DNA of 64,000 nucleotides from Malacoraja senta. Its lineage: Eukaryota. Position 1 is the first letter of the stretch, and each line of letters begins with the position of its first letter. The translations under genes and the position numbers were made by a program. Below the pieces are notes generated by a model. That model did no database searches, was not told the DNA's origin, and saw only the letters and a program-made list of their open reading frames with translations. The stretch covers positions 18,726,001 through 18,790,000 of the forward strand of contig CM075988.1 of NCBI GenBank assembly GCA_038087875.1. Reading direction: 5' to 3'. This document shows, piece after piece, positions 25,647 through 37,447 of this stretch.

Positions 25647-26549
25647 CCTCCCAGGGGACTGCGGTGAAGCTGGGCGGCGAGGCCTGTCTGGGCCGAAGGA
25701 GCCTCAGCGGTGGCGGTGATGAGAGCCTCGGCGGTGGTAGTGGATGTCTCGGCGGCAGCGGGAGTAGTCGATGAGCGTGATGGGGAACTGTCATGGGGGG
25801 GGGGACCACCGTGAGGGACGGTGGCAGAACAAAGGGGGAGGGGGGGAGGGGGCACTCTAGTTTCGAATCCTCTGCCCAGGGTATCAGTCCGTGTTTGTTT
25901 GTTTGTTTGTTCCTTTGTTCCGGTGAAGGCGCTGTACACACGGCAGCCGGCCAACACTCGCTTGTCTTTTTATTTTTGGTTTCACTTTTAATTTCAAGTT
26001 TTTGTGTACCTTGTGTGTTGTGACTGTCGGCAGACCAATTTCCCTCTGGTGATGAATAAAGTTTTATCGAATCGTATCGTATCGTAAACAGAACCCTCCT
26101 ATATTTTTAACCTGCAGTACATTTAACATTGAATAGTTAATTCAGTGGCGACCTATGACGTGTGCCGGCCGTCGCCTGTAAAGGTCGCGTAAGTGGGACA
26201 GGCCCTTTACTGTGACAAGTCGACCTTGAGTGGAAACCATTTAGTTACAATTCATGACATTAGTTTCTGTGCTGCCGTAGCAGTCTCCTGCCTCGGGTCA
26301 TGCTTTAATGGACATCTTGATGTTGCCACATCACAGGGACTGTATCCTTACCACAGTAAACATGCCCAGTGTTTGCCTTGTGTAGAGTGTGGTCAGTGTT
26401 GGATGGCCCATCATAGATCTGAGGGAGGAATATTCATTTTTTAGCATCCATAGTGCACGGGCAAGACCAGTGATGACTCCGCACTTCTGATTGCCCGAGA
26501 CCAGAGCAGTTTGATCAACTACTGTTCCCGTGTTCCCGGTGTGGCCTCC

Positions 26550-27230
26550 TGTTCAGCTGCGAGACCAAGTGTAGACTCAGCAACTGTTTTGTTGAACACT
26601 TACGCTTGGTCTGTCTGGGCCTAGGCCTATGCGATCCCCCGGTTGCCAACCATTTCAGCTCCCCTTACCATTCCCATACTAACCTTTCTGTCATGGGCCT
26701 CCTCCATTGCCAGAGTGAGGCCACATGCAAATTGGAGGAACAGCACCTCATATTCCACGTGGCTTACAACTCAGTGGTATGAACAGTCTAATTTTAAGTA
26801 ATCTTTGCATCCCCCTCTCTCTGTCCGCCCCTCCCCCACCCTAGTCGTCACCCTACGCCCCCCCCTCCCCACCCCACCCCACCCCCTCCTTGTCTCCCAT
26901 CATCCACCCTAGTCATGTTGCCAGTTCCACAGTTCTCCACCTAGTTTCTCTCGAGATCACACCTTCCCGAGCCAACAACGGACTTACCAGGGCACCACCC
27001 TGTCTGAGGTCATTTGTGGTCAGTCCTGATTGATCCTAGTCTTTTCTCGCCTCCAGCTCTTCACCTCTGACCCCTCCCTCCCCGCCCACAACTTTCAGTC
27101 TGAAGAAGGGTCTCGACCCGAAACCTACCACCATCCTTTTGCTCCAGAGATGCTGCCAGACCTGCTGAGTTACTCCAACACTTTGCATCTACCTTTGGTT
27201 TAAACCAGCACCTGCAGTTCCGTTCTACAC
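26550..27230 (+). mobile_element. Degenerate Penelope-like element 3' end (GIY-YIG remnant plus terminal repeat)
   Basis: aaattggaggaacagcacctcatattc (KLEEQHLIF) as in the 57905 copy; tcagtctgaagaagggtctcgacccgaaac at about 27095-27124. Confidence 0.8.
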
Positions 27231-27269
27231 AAGGGAGTTCTCCCTGATGTCCTCGTCAGCACCTGCGAT

Positions 27270-27495
27270 AGAATGGCAACTTATTGTCATAGTGTTGTTC
27301 CTGGGAGCCAAGGCCACAAGAAATTGCAGAGAGTTGTGGATGTAGCCCAGTCCACTACGCAGGACCAGACTCCCCACCATCTACACTTCACACTGCCTCG
27401 GGAAGCAGCCAACATAATCAAAGACCACTCTCACCCTGGTCATTCCCTCTTCAACCTTATTCTAACAGGCAGAAGATACAAAAGTCTGAAAGCAT
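27270..27495 (+). mobile_element. Rex1/Babar-like LINE fragment
   Basis: HKKLQRVVDVAQS...AANIIKDHSHPGHSLF...GRRYKSLK. Confidence 0.75.
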
Positions 27496-27934
27496 GTATC
27501 ACCAGATTACTCCAGCACTTTGTGCCTATCTTTGGTATAAACCAGCATCTGCAGTTCTTTGTATCTACCAATGGAAACCTGAATTATTATTTAATGAGGG
27601 TTGGTTTTATTTACACGCCTTGGCTCTCTCTTCAGGCCGCCCCGTCTTTCATTCCACAGATAGACACAAAATGCTGGAGTAACTCAGCGGGACAGGCAGC
27701 ATCTCTGGAGAGAAGGAATGGGTGACGTTTCGGGACGAGACCCTTCTTCAGACTTCAGACTTAATTTTGCAACCTAGCGCCTGTGAAGCTCCACAGATGC
27801 CTTGCGTCCCTGCCCACCCTCGCTGCCTCATGGGAGATCCAGCTGCTCCAGCTACGAACCTCTGGGAAGGAAGGCAATTGTGTGAGAGGAGAGACCCATG
27901 TAGAGCACTAAATAAAGATTGAGAATGCAGCGTG

Positions 27935-28475
27935 CATAGAAACATAGAAACATAGAAATTAGGTGCAGGAGTAGGCCATTCGGCCCTTCAAGCCTGCACC
28001 GCCATTCAATATGATCATGGCTGATCATCCAACTCAGTATCCCGTACCTGCCTTCTCTCCATACCCTCTGATCCCTTTAGCCACAAGGGCCACATCTAAC
28101 TCCCTCTTAAATATAGCCAATGAACTGGCCTCCACTACCCTCTGTGGCAGAGAGTTCCAAAGATTCACCACTCTCTGTGTGAAAAAAGTTCTTCTCATCT
28201 CGGTTTTAAAGGATTTCCCCCTTATCCTTAAGCTGTGACCCCTTGTCCTGGACTTCCCCAACATCGGGAGCAATCTTCCTGCATCTAGCCTGTCCAACCC
28301 CTTAAGAATTTTGTAAGTTTCTATAAGATCCCCTCTCAATCTCCTAAATTCTAGAGAGTATAAACCAAGTCTATCCAGTCTTTCTTCATAAGACAGTCCT
28401 GACATCCCAGGAATCAGTCTGGTGAACCTTCTCTGCACTCCCTCTATGGCAATAATGTCCTTCCTCAGATTTGGA
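27935..28475 (-). mobile_element. Young CR1/HER1-like LINE 3' fragment with (atagaaac)n tail
   Basis: Open frame PNLRKDIIAIEGVQRRFTRLIPGMSGLSYEERLDRLGLYSLEFRRLRGDLIETYKI...GYGEKAGTGY*. Confidence 0.95.
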
Positions 28476-29529
28476 CATGAGAGAGATGATTGCAAGATAT
28501 GAACGCAGTGACCGTAACTGTGTGAGACATTGCTGCAAGCTGCTTGCATGGTTAATCTTCCATGCATTTTTTTTAAATGTGAGGTAAAATAGTTAATTTT
28601 GTGAAGAAAAAATATTGAGAGGTTAGTGACCAGACCAGACACACAATAAACCACATTTTCCTCCCACCATCTCTCACCACCATGGTCACCCCACTCCTTC
28701 ACCCTTCTCTGTATACTCATCTCCCATCCTCAAGTTCCATATTTCCCTTTTTATTCCCCCTCCTTTCCCTCCCCCCAGTCCCATTCCACATATATTCCTC
28801 CCTCTGGCTTTACATTTCACTTCTTTCCTTATCTTTTCGGTCTTGACACAATTCTGTCCCCTTTTCAACTCAAGACTTTGTCATCACCCACTCGCCTATC
28901 ACCCTCCCTCCTCCTCACCTGTATCCACCCTTTGCCTCTCTTTTCCAGCCTCCTTCTTCCTACTATGATCAGTCCGAAGAAGGGTCACAGAGTCATAGTG
29001 TCATACGGCCTAGAGACAGGTCCCAAAACCTGGTGTAACTCAATGGGTCAGGAAGCAGCCCTGGAGAACATGCCCTATGACATGAAACGTCACCTATCCA
29101 TGTTCTCCAGAGATGCTCCCTGACCTGCTGTGTTACTCCAGCCCTATTTGTCTTTCCTTGGTAAACCAGCATCTGCAGTTCCTTGTTTCTATAGAAACAG
29201 GCGCTTTACCCCGACTTGTCCAAGCCAACCAAGATGCCCCAACTAAATCCCGACCTGAATCGTCGACTGTCCACTTCGCTCTGCCTCTGATACTCAGTGG
29301 AATACTTGAGATCTTGGATGTTCTGAGTTCTTTTCTCTCTGGAGAATCAACCAGCTCTCTCCAGAGACTGTCCCTGTAAAAGGCTCAGCCAAACTCTGAC
29401 AGTTGTATTACTAGACTTGGAAATGTCAGGACATATAACCACTGGGGCTTCAGTGCCCGACTGGGTCCTTCATGGCTGGGGAATATTGCCTCCTGCACTC
29501 AAAGTGGCACCAATGCCTGATGCTCTTAC

Positions 29530-29812
29530 TTTTAGTTCAGTTCAGGGATACAGTGCAGAAGCAGGCCCTTTAGCCCATCAATTCCATGCTGGCCAGCAAT
29601 CCCCGCACATTAAACACTATCCTACACACTAGGGAGAGTGCCGCCTATAAACCTGTAGGCCTTTGGAGTGTGGGAGGAAACCGGAGCTCCCAGGGAAAAC
29701 TCATGCAGGCCACGGGGAGAATGTACAAACTCCGTACAGACAGCGGCCAGGATTGAACCCAGGTCTCTGGCACTGCAAAGCAGCAATTCTACCGCTGCGC
29801 CACCGTACCACA
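29530..29812 (-). mobile_element. HE1-like V-SINE
   Basis: V domain and tRNA-like head on the minus strand. Confidence 0.8.
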
Positions 29813-30259
29813 CATTGCCACTTTACTTGAAGTAAGTTTGACTTGGGTGAGGCAGCCAGTTTTGAAGGGCAATACATGGTTTAGATTTATCAATAATCAG
29901 CCTTGCAGGATTAAGGCAAGGTTCCCTTTCTTTAAAACATTGTTCTCCGACATTTGTTGCAAAGGTCGTTCTTTGACCTTTTCATCTGCGGATAGTGGAA
30001 ACCGATTTCCATTTCCCCCTGCATCATTCTCCCTTAATAAAAGGTTACTGCAGCCATTAAGCCAGTGCCAAAGACCATATTTTAGGATGTCCTACTGAGG
30101 TGCCTGACCCCTCCTGAACCTCCACAGTGCTGGAAGCACTGATTGCTTCTCACCTTCCCCATGGGATGCAGGAAAAATGCCTTAATTGCACAATAACCGT
30201 GGTTTTAAAGGACGTTCACTCTGATCAGGTTTCAAGGATTTTACTGTGAGTCATCTTTC

Positions 30260-30625
30260 TTTGTAAAGCACATCAGCCGCCACAATGACCCAAAGAGACG
30301 TCCGCGTTTACGGTGTGACTTCTTTGAATTCACACCGCCTCAAAGTGGTTCAGAGGCTAAAAGGCAGAGGGTTCGCAGCGGTGCAGAAAACAGCACGGCC
30401 AATTTGTTCAGTACCTCGCAACGCGAGAACGAGCAGATAATACGCTTCTTAGCTTTTGTTGAATGGAAGATGTCGACCAGGTGAACCTCGCGCTGCCTCT
30501 CCTCACGATAGTCCGGCAGTGATCACCTTGGGGGTTCGGAGGGTCCCCGGCTTAGTATTCCATCCCAGGATGTGACCTCTGACAGTGCACCCCTTCCTCC
30601 CCGCAACGCAGATGAGTCAGCCCGA
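30260..30625 (-). mobile_element. Ancient Deu-domain SINE (SacSINE1-like) relic
   Basis: cacggccaatttg...cagataat...gacctctgacagtgca...gtcagcc follow the order of the Deu-SINE reverse complement as I recall it; heavily diverged. Confidence 0.55.
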
Positions 30626-30629
30626 GAAT

Positions 30630-31140
30630 GAAACATAGAAAGATAGAAAATAGGTGCAGGAGGAGGCCATTCGGCCCTTCGAGCCAGCACCGCCATTCAT
30701 TGTGATCATGGCTGATCGTCCCCAATCAATAACCCGTGCCTGCCTTCTCCCCATATCCCTTGACTCCACCAGCCCCTAGAGCTCCATCTAACTCTCTCTT
30801 AAATCCATCCAGTGACTTGGCCTCCACTGCCCTCTGTGGCAGGGAATTCCATAAATTCACAACTCTCTGTGTGAAAACGTTTTTTCTCACCTCAGTCTTA
30901 AATGACCTCCCTTTAATTCTAAGACTGTGGCCCCTGGTTCTGGACTTGCCCAACATTGGGAACATTTTTCCTGCATCTAACTTGTCCAGTCCTTTTATAA
31001 TTTTATATGTTTCTATAAGATCCCCCCTCATCCTTCTAAACTCCAGTGAATACAAGCCTAGTCTATTCAATCTTTCCTCATATGACAGTCCCGCCATCCC
31101 TGAGATCAATCTCGTGAACCTACGCTGCACTGCCTCAATC
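30630..31140 (-). mobile_element. CR1-like LINE 3' fragment
   Basis: IEAVQRRFTRLISGMAGLSYEERLNRLGLYSLEFRRMRGDLIETYKI...GYGEKAGTGY*. Confidence 0.95.
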
Positions 31141-33649
31141 AGCGATGGGGGTTTCGGCGGAGGGGGGGGGGGGAGTGGGGGGGGGAGGGGACCAAGATTG
31201 AGGGGGTCCCTATGGGGGGAGGGACTACCGAGAACAAACAGAACAAAGGGAAGCCCGGCAGTGGGGGGAGACCCGCTGCCAAGTACAGTGGCAGGCAGGC
31301 AGTAGATAGGACTGTTCAGTACTTTTGTAACTTTGTCAGAGTGACAACGTGGCAGCACTTGTATGCAGCACGAAGCATTTCACTGTACCGAGGTACATGT
31401 GACAAGAGAGAACTATTCATTCATTCATTCATTGACTTCTGTGTTATCCTCTCTGGGGTGGGACATGATAAAACCATTCGAAAATAAAATAAATTAAAAT
31501 AAAGAAGCATATTATCTAAAGGGTGAAAGCTTGCATAGTTATTTACCTGCCAAGCATTTTCTTGCTCCTAGATAGACACAGAAAGCTGGAGTAACTCAGT
31601 GGGACAGGCAGCATATCTGGAGAGAAGGAATGGTTGACGTTTCAGGTCGAGACCCTTCTTTGGTCTGACCCCTACCCCTACAATCAGTCTGAAGAAGGGT
31701 CCCGACCCGAATCGTCACCTATCCGTGTCCTCCAGAGATGCTTTCTGACCCGCGGAGTGACCCCAGCACTTTGTGACTTTCAGTGTGTTCATAGCCCGTC
31801 AAATTCAGACTCAGACAAAATTTCCGAGTGAGTCTTGGCTGAAGGTTGCTATGTTTATTGAGTCATAGGCTTTAATTTCATTCACAGATGTTAGTCTCAT
31901 TTTCGCAGGTGAAGTGTCACTGGCTGTTTGCTGAGCAGCAGATTGATACAGCGTTAATGGAGGCCAACAATTTAATTCTCCTGTTTGTTTAATCCTGCAG
32001 TGGCAGTAACAGCCTGAGCTTCCATTAACCAACAGACTTCCTGCTAACATGAAGCCGTTCTGACCCAGGATGTGTCCCCTGACAGGAACGTCTTCCACTA
32101 AGCTAGATCTGAGCTCCGGGGCGGAAACACTTCGCGGCATGGAGCTCCCAAGTGGGCCTGGTGAAAGGCCTGGATAGAGTACATGCGGGGAGAAAGTTTC
32201 TACTAGTGGGAGAGTCTAGGACCAGAGGGCATTGCTTCAGAATCAAAGGATGTACCTTTAGAAAGGAGATGAGGAGGAATTTCTTTAGTCAGAGGGTGGT
32301 GAATCTGTCTGGGCATGGGTCGGCAGGTCATTCCATTCACATTCAGTTTACATTTTGTATTTGTATAAGTTTCTGGCACTCCACGGTGCTTTAGACACAC
32401 GGGAGGGGTGTCATTAGCGGGCCATGGGTCTATTGTCGTTTCATTATCACTTGACCTCCATTGGTTCAGAAAGACAGATAATCCAGAAAGGTTCTGAATC
32501 CGAGGGTGTCGAAATATGTAACAAGGTTTTAAAACTATTTGATCTCACCCGACTAAGCTCAGTGAGGTGACTGGGTGAAACTTCACAGGTGGAATTGCCC
32601 AGTATGGGTTCTGGGGAGAAGGAAGGAACCTATTGCCACAGAGGGCTGTGAAGGCCAAGTCAGTGGATATTTTTAAGGCAGAGATAGATAGATTTTTGAT
32701 TAGTACGGGTGTCAGAGGTTATGGGGAGAAGGCAGGAGAATGGGGGTTAGGGGGGAGAGATAGATCAGCCATGACTGAATGGCGGAGTGGACTTGATGGG
32801 CCGAATGGCCTAATTCTGCTCATATCACTTATGACCTTATGACCTTATGAACACTATAACGTATTCCCACCACATCCCTGACACTACTGACGCCATCTTG
32901 TTTTCCATTCAATGACACTGATTTTATATACTTAAGTCACTAATTGCTATTTATTGTTAAAATATTGTAAAAATATAAAATGATAACCTGACATTGTGTG
33001 ATACGGTGAATTATTTAGATATATTTCCATAAATGACATTAAATATTTCACCAAAATAACAGGGCTTATTTTATCACATAAACCTCTGGGAGCCGTAAAA
33101 AATGAAATCTATTCCTTTGTTTATTGGTTAGGCACAAAAACTGAGGTTGTTTTATAAAATAAAAATAAACCTGTCAGATACCACCAGTAAACTCAGACAA
33201 TGAATTAACATTGATAGCAGGAAAATCCCTACAAACTCTGGGAGATTGTGGGACATTGTGAATGCAGCGTATTGCTCTGACATTGAGGACAGAGTGGGAT
33301 TTGAACACAATCAGTGACTGGAACAAACTTAATTAACCGGATTTAATACTTGCATATCTGCTTGTAATGTCGGGTGTGAATCAAAGAGCTGTGGTACAGT
33401 ACAGTACAGTACAGCACTGAAACTGGCCCTTCGGCCACCATGGCCATGCTTATCTCTTTTCCCATTCACATTCATCCTCTTTTCCCACAGTAGAACCGGG
33501 CGGCACAGTGCCACAGCGGTAGAGTTGCTGCCTCACAGCGCCAGAGACCCGGGTTCGATCCTGACCACGCTGTCTCTACGGAGTTTGTATGTTCTCCCTG
33601 TGACCGTATGGGTTTCCCAGTTTCCTCCCACATTCCTAAAACGTGGACG

Positions 33650-33970
33650 TTTCCACTAGTGGGAGAGTCTATGATTAGAGGTCATAGCCTCAGAATTAAA
33701 GGACGTTCTTTTAGGAAGGAGATGAGGAGAAATTCATTTAGTCAGAGGGTGGTGAATCTGTGGAATTCTTTGCCACAGAATGCTGTGGAGGCCAAGTCAG
33801 TGGATATTTTTAAGGCAGAGATAGATAGATTCTTGATTAGTACAGGTGTCGGAGGGAGAAGGCAGGAGAATGGGGTTAGGAGGGAGACATAGATCAGCCA
33901 TGATTGAAAGGCAGAGTAGACTTGAAGGGCCAAATGGCCTAATTCTACTCCTATTCCTTATGACCTTATG
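33650..33970 (+). mobile_element. CR1-like 3' end inserted into a V-SINE (33498-33648, resuming 33972-34025)
   Basis: FPLVGESMIRGHSLRIKG...QRVVNLWNSLPQ with (ttatgacc) tail; SINE sequence resumes at cgtgcaggtttataggt. Confidence 0.85.
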
Positions 33971-34100
33971 GCGTGCAGGTTTATAGGTATATTTGCATCT
34001 GTAAATTCTCCCCAGTGGTAGGATATATAATAATGAAGAAACATCGACCATTCAACACTTTACTTAAATTAGAGGAGCGAAGAACTGGAGGACATAGGAT

Positions 34101-34515
34101 TAGACAATAGACAATAGACAATAGACAATAGACAATAGACAATAGACAATAGGTGCAGGAGTAGGCCATTCGGCCCTTCGAGCCAGCACCGCCATTCAAT
34201 GTGATCATGGCTGATCATCCCCAATCAGTACCCCGTTCCTGCCTTCTCCCCATATCCCCCGACTCCGCTATTTTTAAGAGCCCTATCTAGCTCTCTCTTG
34301 AAAGCATCCAGAGAACCTGCCTCCACCGCCCTCTGAGGCAGAGAATTCCACAGACTCACAACTCTCTGTGAGAAAAAGTGTTTCCTCGTCTCCGTTCTAA
34401 ATGGCTTACTCCTTATTCTTAAACTGTGGCCCCTGGTTCTGGACTCCCCCAACGTCGGGAACATGTTTCCTGCCTCTAGCGTGTCCAAACCCTTAACAAT
34501 CTTATATGTTTCAAT
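34101..34515 (-). mobile_element. CR1-like 3' fragment with (agacaat)n tail
   Basis: ORF 34225-34488 is the CR1 C-terminus; 7 tandem tagacaa units at 34101-34150. Confidence 0.93.
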
Positions 34516-35404
34516 TAGGTTACAGAAGAAAAATTAAATAGGATCCTGAGGGGTCATTTTTACACATGGGTGTGGTGGGTATATAGAATGAGCTGCTACA
34601 GAAAGTAGTTGAGGCAGGTACAATAATCATATTTAAAAGACATTTGGACAGGCACGTGGATAGGAAAGGTTGAGGGGCATATGGGTCAAATGCTGGCAAA
34701 TGGTGTAGATCGGGCATCTTGGTTGGTGTGGGCAAGTTGGGCCGAAGAGTGTGTTTCCATGCTGTGTGATTCTATGACTCTAAAAGATATTTGGACAGGA
34801 AAGGTTTAAAAGGGATAAGAGAAAAATACTGGCAAATGGGACTAGTTTAAATGGGCATCTTGGTCTTCATGGACGAGTTGTGCCGTAGAGACTGTTTCCG
34901 TGTGACTCTCTGACTCTCAAGTCCTTTTACTGGATCATTGAGTCTGTTTAACAACCATGGGTAATGTCTGTGTTTAGACTGAACACACAATGATTTTATG
35001 TGAAGATAAAATTCACTGATTTTCTCCTATAACCAACAATAAATCTTGGCCTGCGATGATCCTTTGATCCCATCAAGAAAGCTTCTTGTATTTGCAATGA
35101 AAATCATTACACGTTGCTGTTCTTCAAAAAGAAAATCTGTAGTGCAGGTACGGTAATTTGCATTCACTGCGTCAACGTGGGGAAGGGTGCAATCTATGGA
35201 ACTGGCTCCCCCGGGGAGTTGACGGAAGATGTTTGCATTGATCATTCGCTTTTGATCCCTCTCTCCCAGAAAATTTGTTTCGTGATTTTGTCTTTGTGAA
35301 ATTGGTGAGATAACATGGGGTAAGTGCGGGGGGGTTGGATCCATGGGTGGTAAAGTTGGACAATATTTAGGGCTTCTATCCTTCTGCTTAGGCTTATGGC
35401 CAGA

Positions 35405-35872
35405 GCTAGTGGCAGGACTGACATATGATGCAAGAATGGATCGACTGGGCTTTTATTCACTGGAATTTAGAAGGATGAGAGGAGATCTTATAGAAACATA
35501 TAAAATTCTTAAGGGATTAGACAGGCGAGATGCATGAAAAATGTCCCCCATGTTGGGGGACTCCAGAACCAGGGGTCACAGTTTAAGAATAAGGGGTAGG
35601 CCATTCAGGACTGAGATGAGAAAAAACTTTTTCCGCCAGAGAGTTGTGAATCTGTGGAATTCTCTGTCACAGAAGACACTGGAGGGCAAATCACTGGATT
35701 TTCTCAAGAGAGAGTTAGATTTAGCTCTTAGGGCTAATGGATCAAGGGATATGGGGAGAAAGCAGGAACGGGGTACTGATTTTGGATGATCAGCCATGAT
35801 CATATTGAATGGTGGTGCTGGCTCGAAGGGGCCGAATGGCCAACTTTTACACCTAGTTTCTATGTTTCTATG
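35405..35872 (+). mobile_element. CR1-like LINE 3' fragment
   Basis: GLTYDARMDRLGFYSLEFRRMRGDLIETYKIL; tail tttctatgtttctatg. Confidence 0.92.
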
Positions 35873-37318
35873 AATCACCAATTCCGATTATCACTCCCAC
35901 TAAGATTAAGATTAAGATTAGATCTTTAGCTGCAGATCCACTTTCCTACCTGATCTCCACACTCTACCCAAAGAATGGGGTGGCACATTGGCATGGCGGT
36001 AGAGTTGTTGCCTAACAGCGCCAGAGACTAGTATTTTCTCCAAGTGCTCTGGTTTCCGCCCACATTCCAAAGACACGCAGGTTTGCAGGTAAATTGGCTT
36101 CTGTAAATTTTGCAAATAGGGTCAGAGAGTTCTACAGCATGGAAAATGGACCCTTCGACCCATCTTATTCATGCTGACTAAGTTGGCATACTGGCTAGAC
36201 CTGTTTGCCTACATTTGGCACGTGTTCCTCTAAAGCCTTCCTGTTAACTGCTATCAGGCAACTGAACCATCCTACCAACAACTAGAAAGAGTCCTGAGAT
36301 ACTATCTACCTCATTGGAGACCCTCGGACTATTTTTGATCGGACTTTACAGGACTTTATCTTGCACTAATCATTGTTCACGGATTCCTTTATCCTGCATC
36401 TGTACTCTGGGGATGGTTCGATTGTAATCATGTATTCTCTTTCCTCTGACTGGTTAGCACGCAACAAAAGCTTTTCACACTCAAACTCATCCATATATCT
36501 GTCGAAATGTCCACTGTTCTCCCTGTTCCAGATCTCAGCCAAAACACTAGAGCAGAAAGAAAAATGTCCAAATAAGTTTGTTCAGTTTTTTAGTTTATTG
36601 TCACGTGTAAAAAGCTTTTGTTGCGTGTTATCCAGTCAGCGGATGGACAATACATGATCACAATCGAGCTTTCCTCAGCGTACAGATACAAATAAGGCAA
36701 TCTACATCCTCACAGCAAAGAACAGATTGCTTCTCTCTGTAAATCTCTGCACAGTCCAAGAAATATATCCTTGCATGAGGACAATGAAAAAGCACACTGG
36801 GGAAAATGACGATGAAACAACTTTTAAAATCTGACTTTGCCACTGGATCATTATGTTAGAAAAGAAATGAAAGAAACATTGAACAAAGTGGTGCATCAAC
36901 AATTCTGAGAGACTCAGGCATAAAAGAGAAAGCATAAAAAGTAATGTCGGAAGCAGGGCTCTGATCAGAAAAATCACCTGTCCATATCCCTCCACAGAGG
37001 GGCAACTTTTATACACAGAGGGTGGTGGGTGCCAGGGTTGGTGGTTGAGGCAGATACAATAGTGGCATTTAATAGACGTAAATGGCCACTATTGCATAGT
37101 GCCTTTTAATAGGCAAATGGATTTGCATGAAATGGAGGGATGTGGATTGTGTGCAGGTAGATAAGAGTCTGAGAAATCTCTCTGCGTTCTCCAGAGATGC
37201 TGCCTGACCTGCCGAGCTACTCCAGCACTTTGTGCCTTTTTGTATATTAACCAGCATCTGCAGTTCTTTGTTCCCAGATAAGATTCGCATCATGTTCGGC
37301 CCAGGGCCTGTTCTTGTG

Positions 37319-37447
37319 AGGGAAGGAACGGCAGATGCTGGTTTAAACCAAGGTTAGAGACAAAATGCTGGAGTAACTCAGCGGGACAGGCAGCATCTCT
37401 GGAGAGAAAGAATGGGTGACGTTTCGGGTCGAGACCCTTCTTCAGAC
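37319..37447 (-). mobile_element. 129-bp Penelope-derived unit with intact minimal hammerhead core and 12-bp TSD
   Basis: Minus strand 37445-37418 reads CTGAAGA-A-GGGTC-TC-GACCC-GAAA-CGTC; TSD CCTGTTCTTGTG at 37307-37318 and 37448-37459. Confidence 0.85.

Noticed and set aside
25191..25957. His-Thr or Cys-Val rich ORFs
   Set aside because: Translation of the (CA)n microsatellite.
27935..28475. Inverted segmental duplication with 47893-48531
   Set aside because: Similarity is confined to the CR1 3' end, with different truncation points and unrelated flanks; these are independent insertions.
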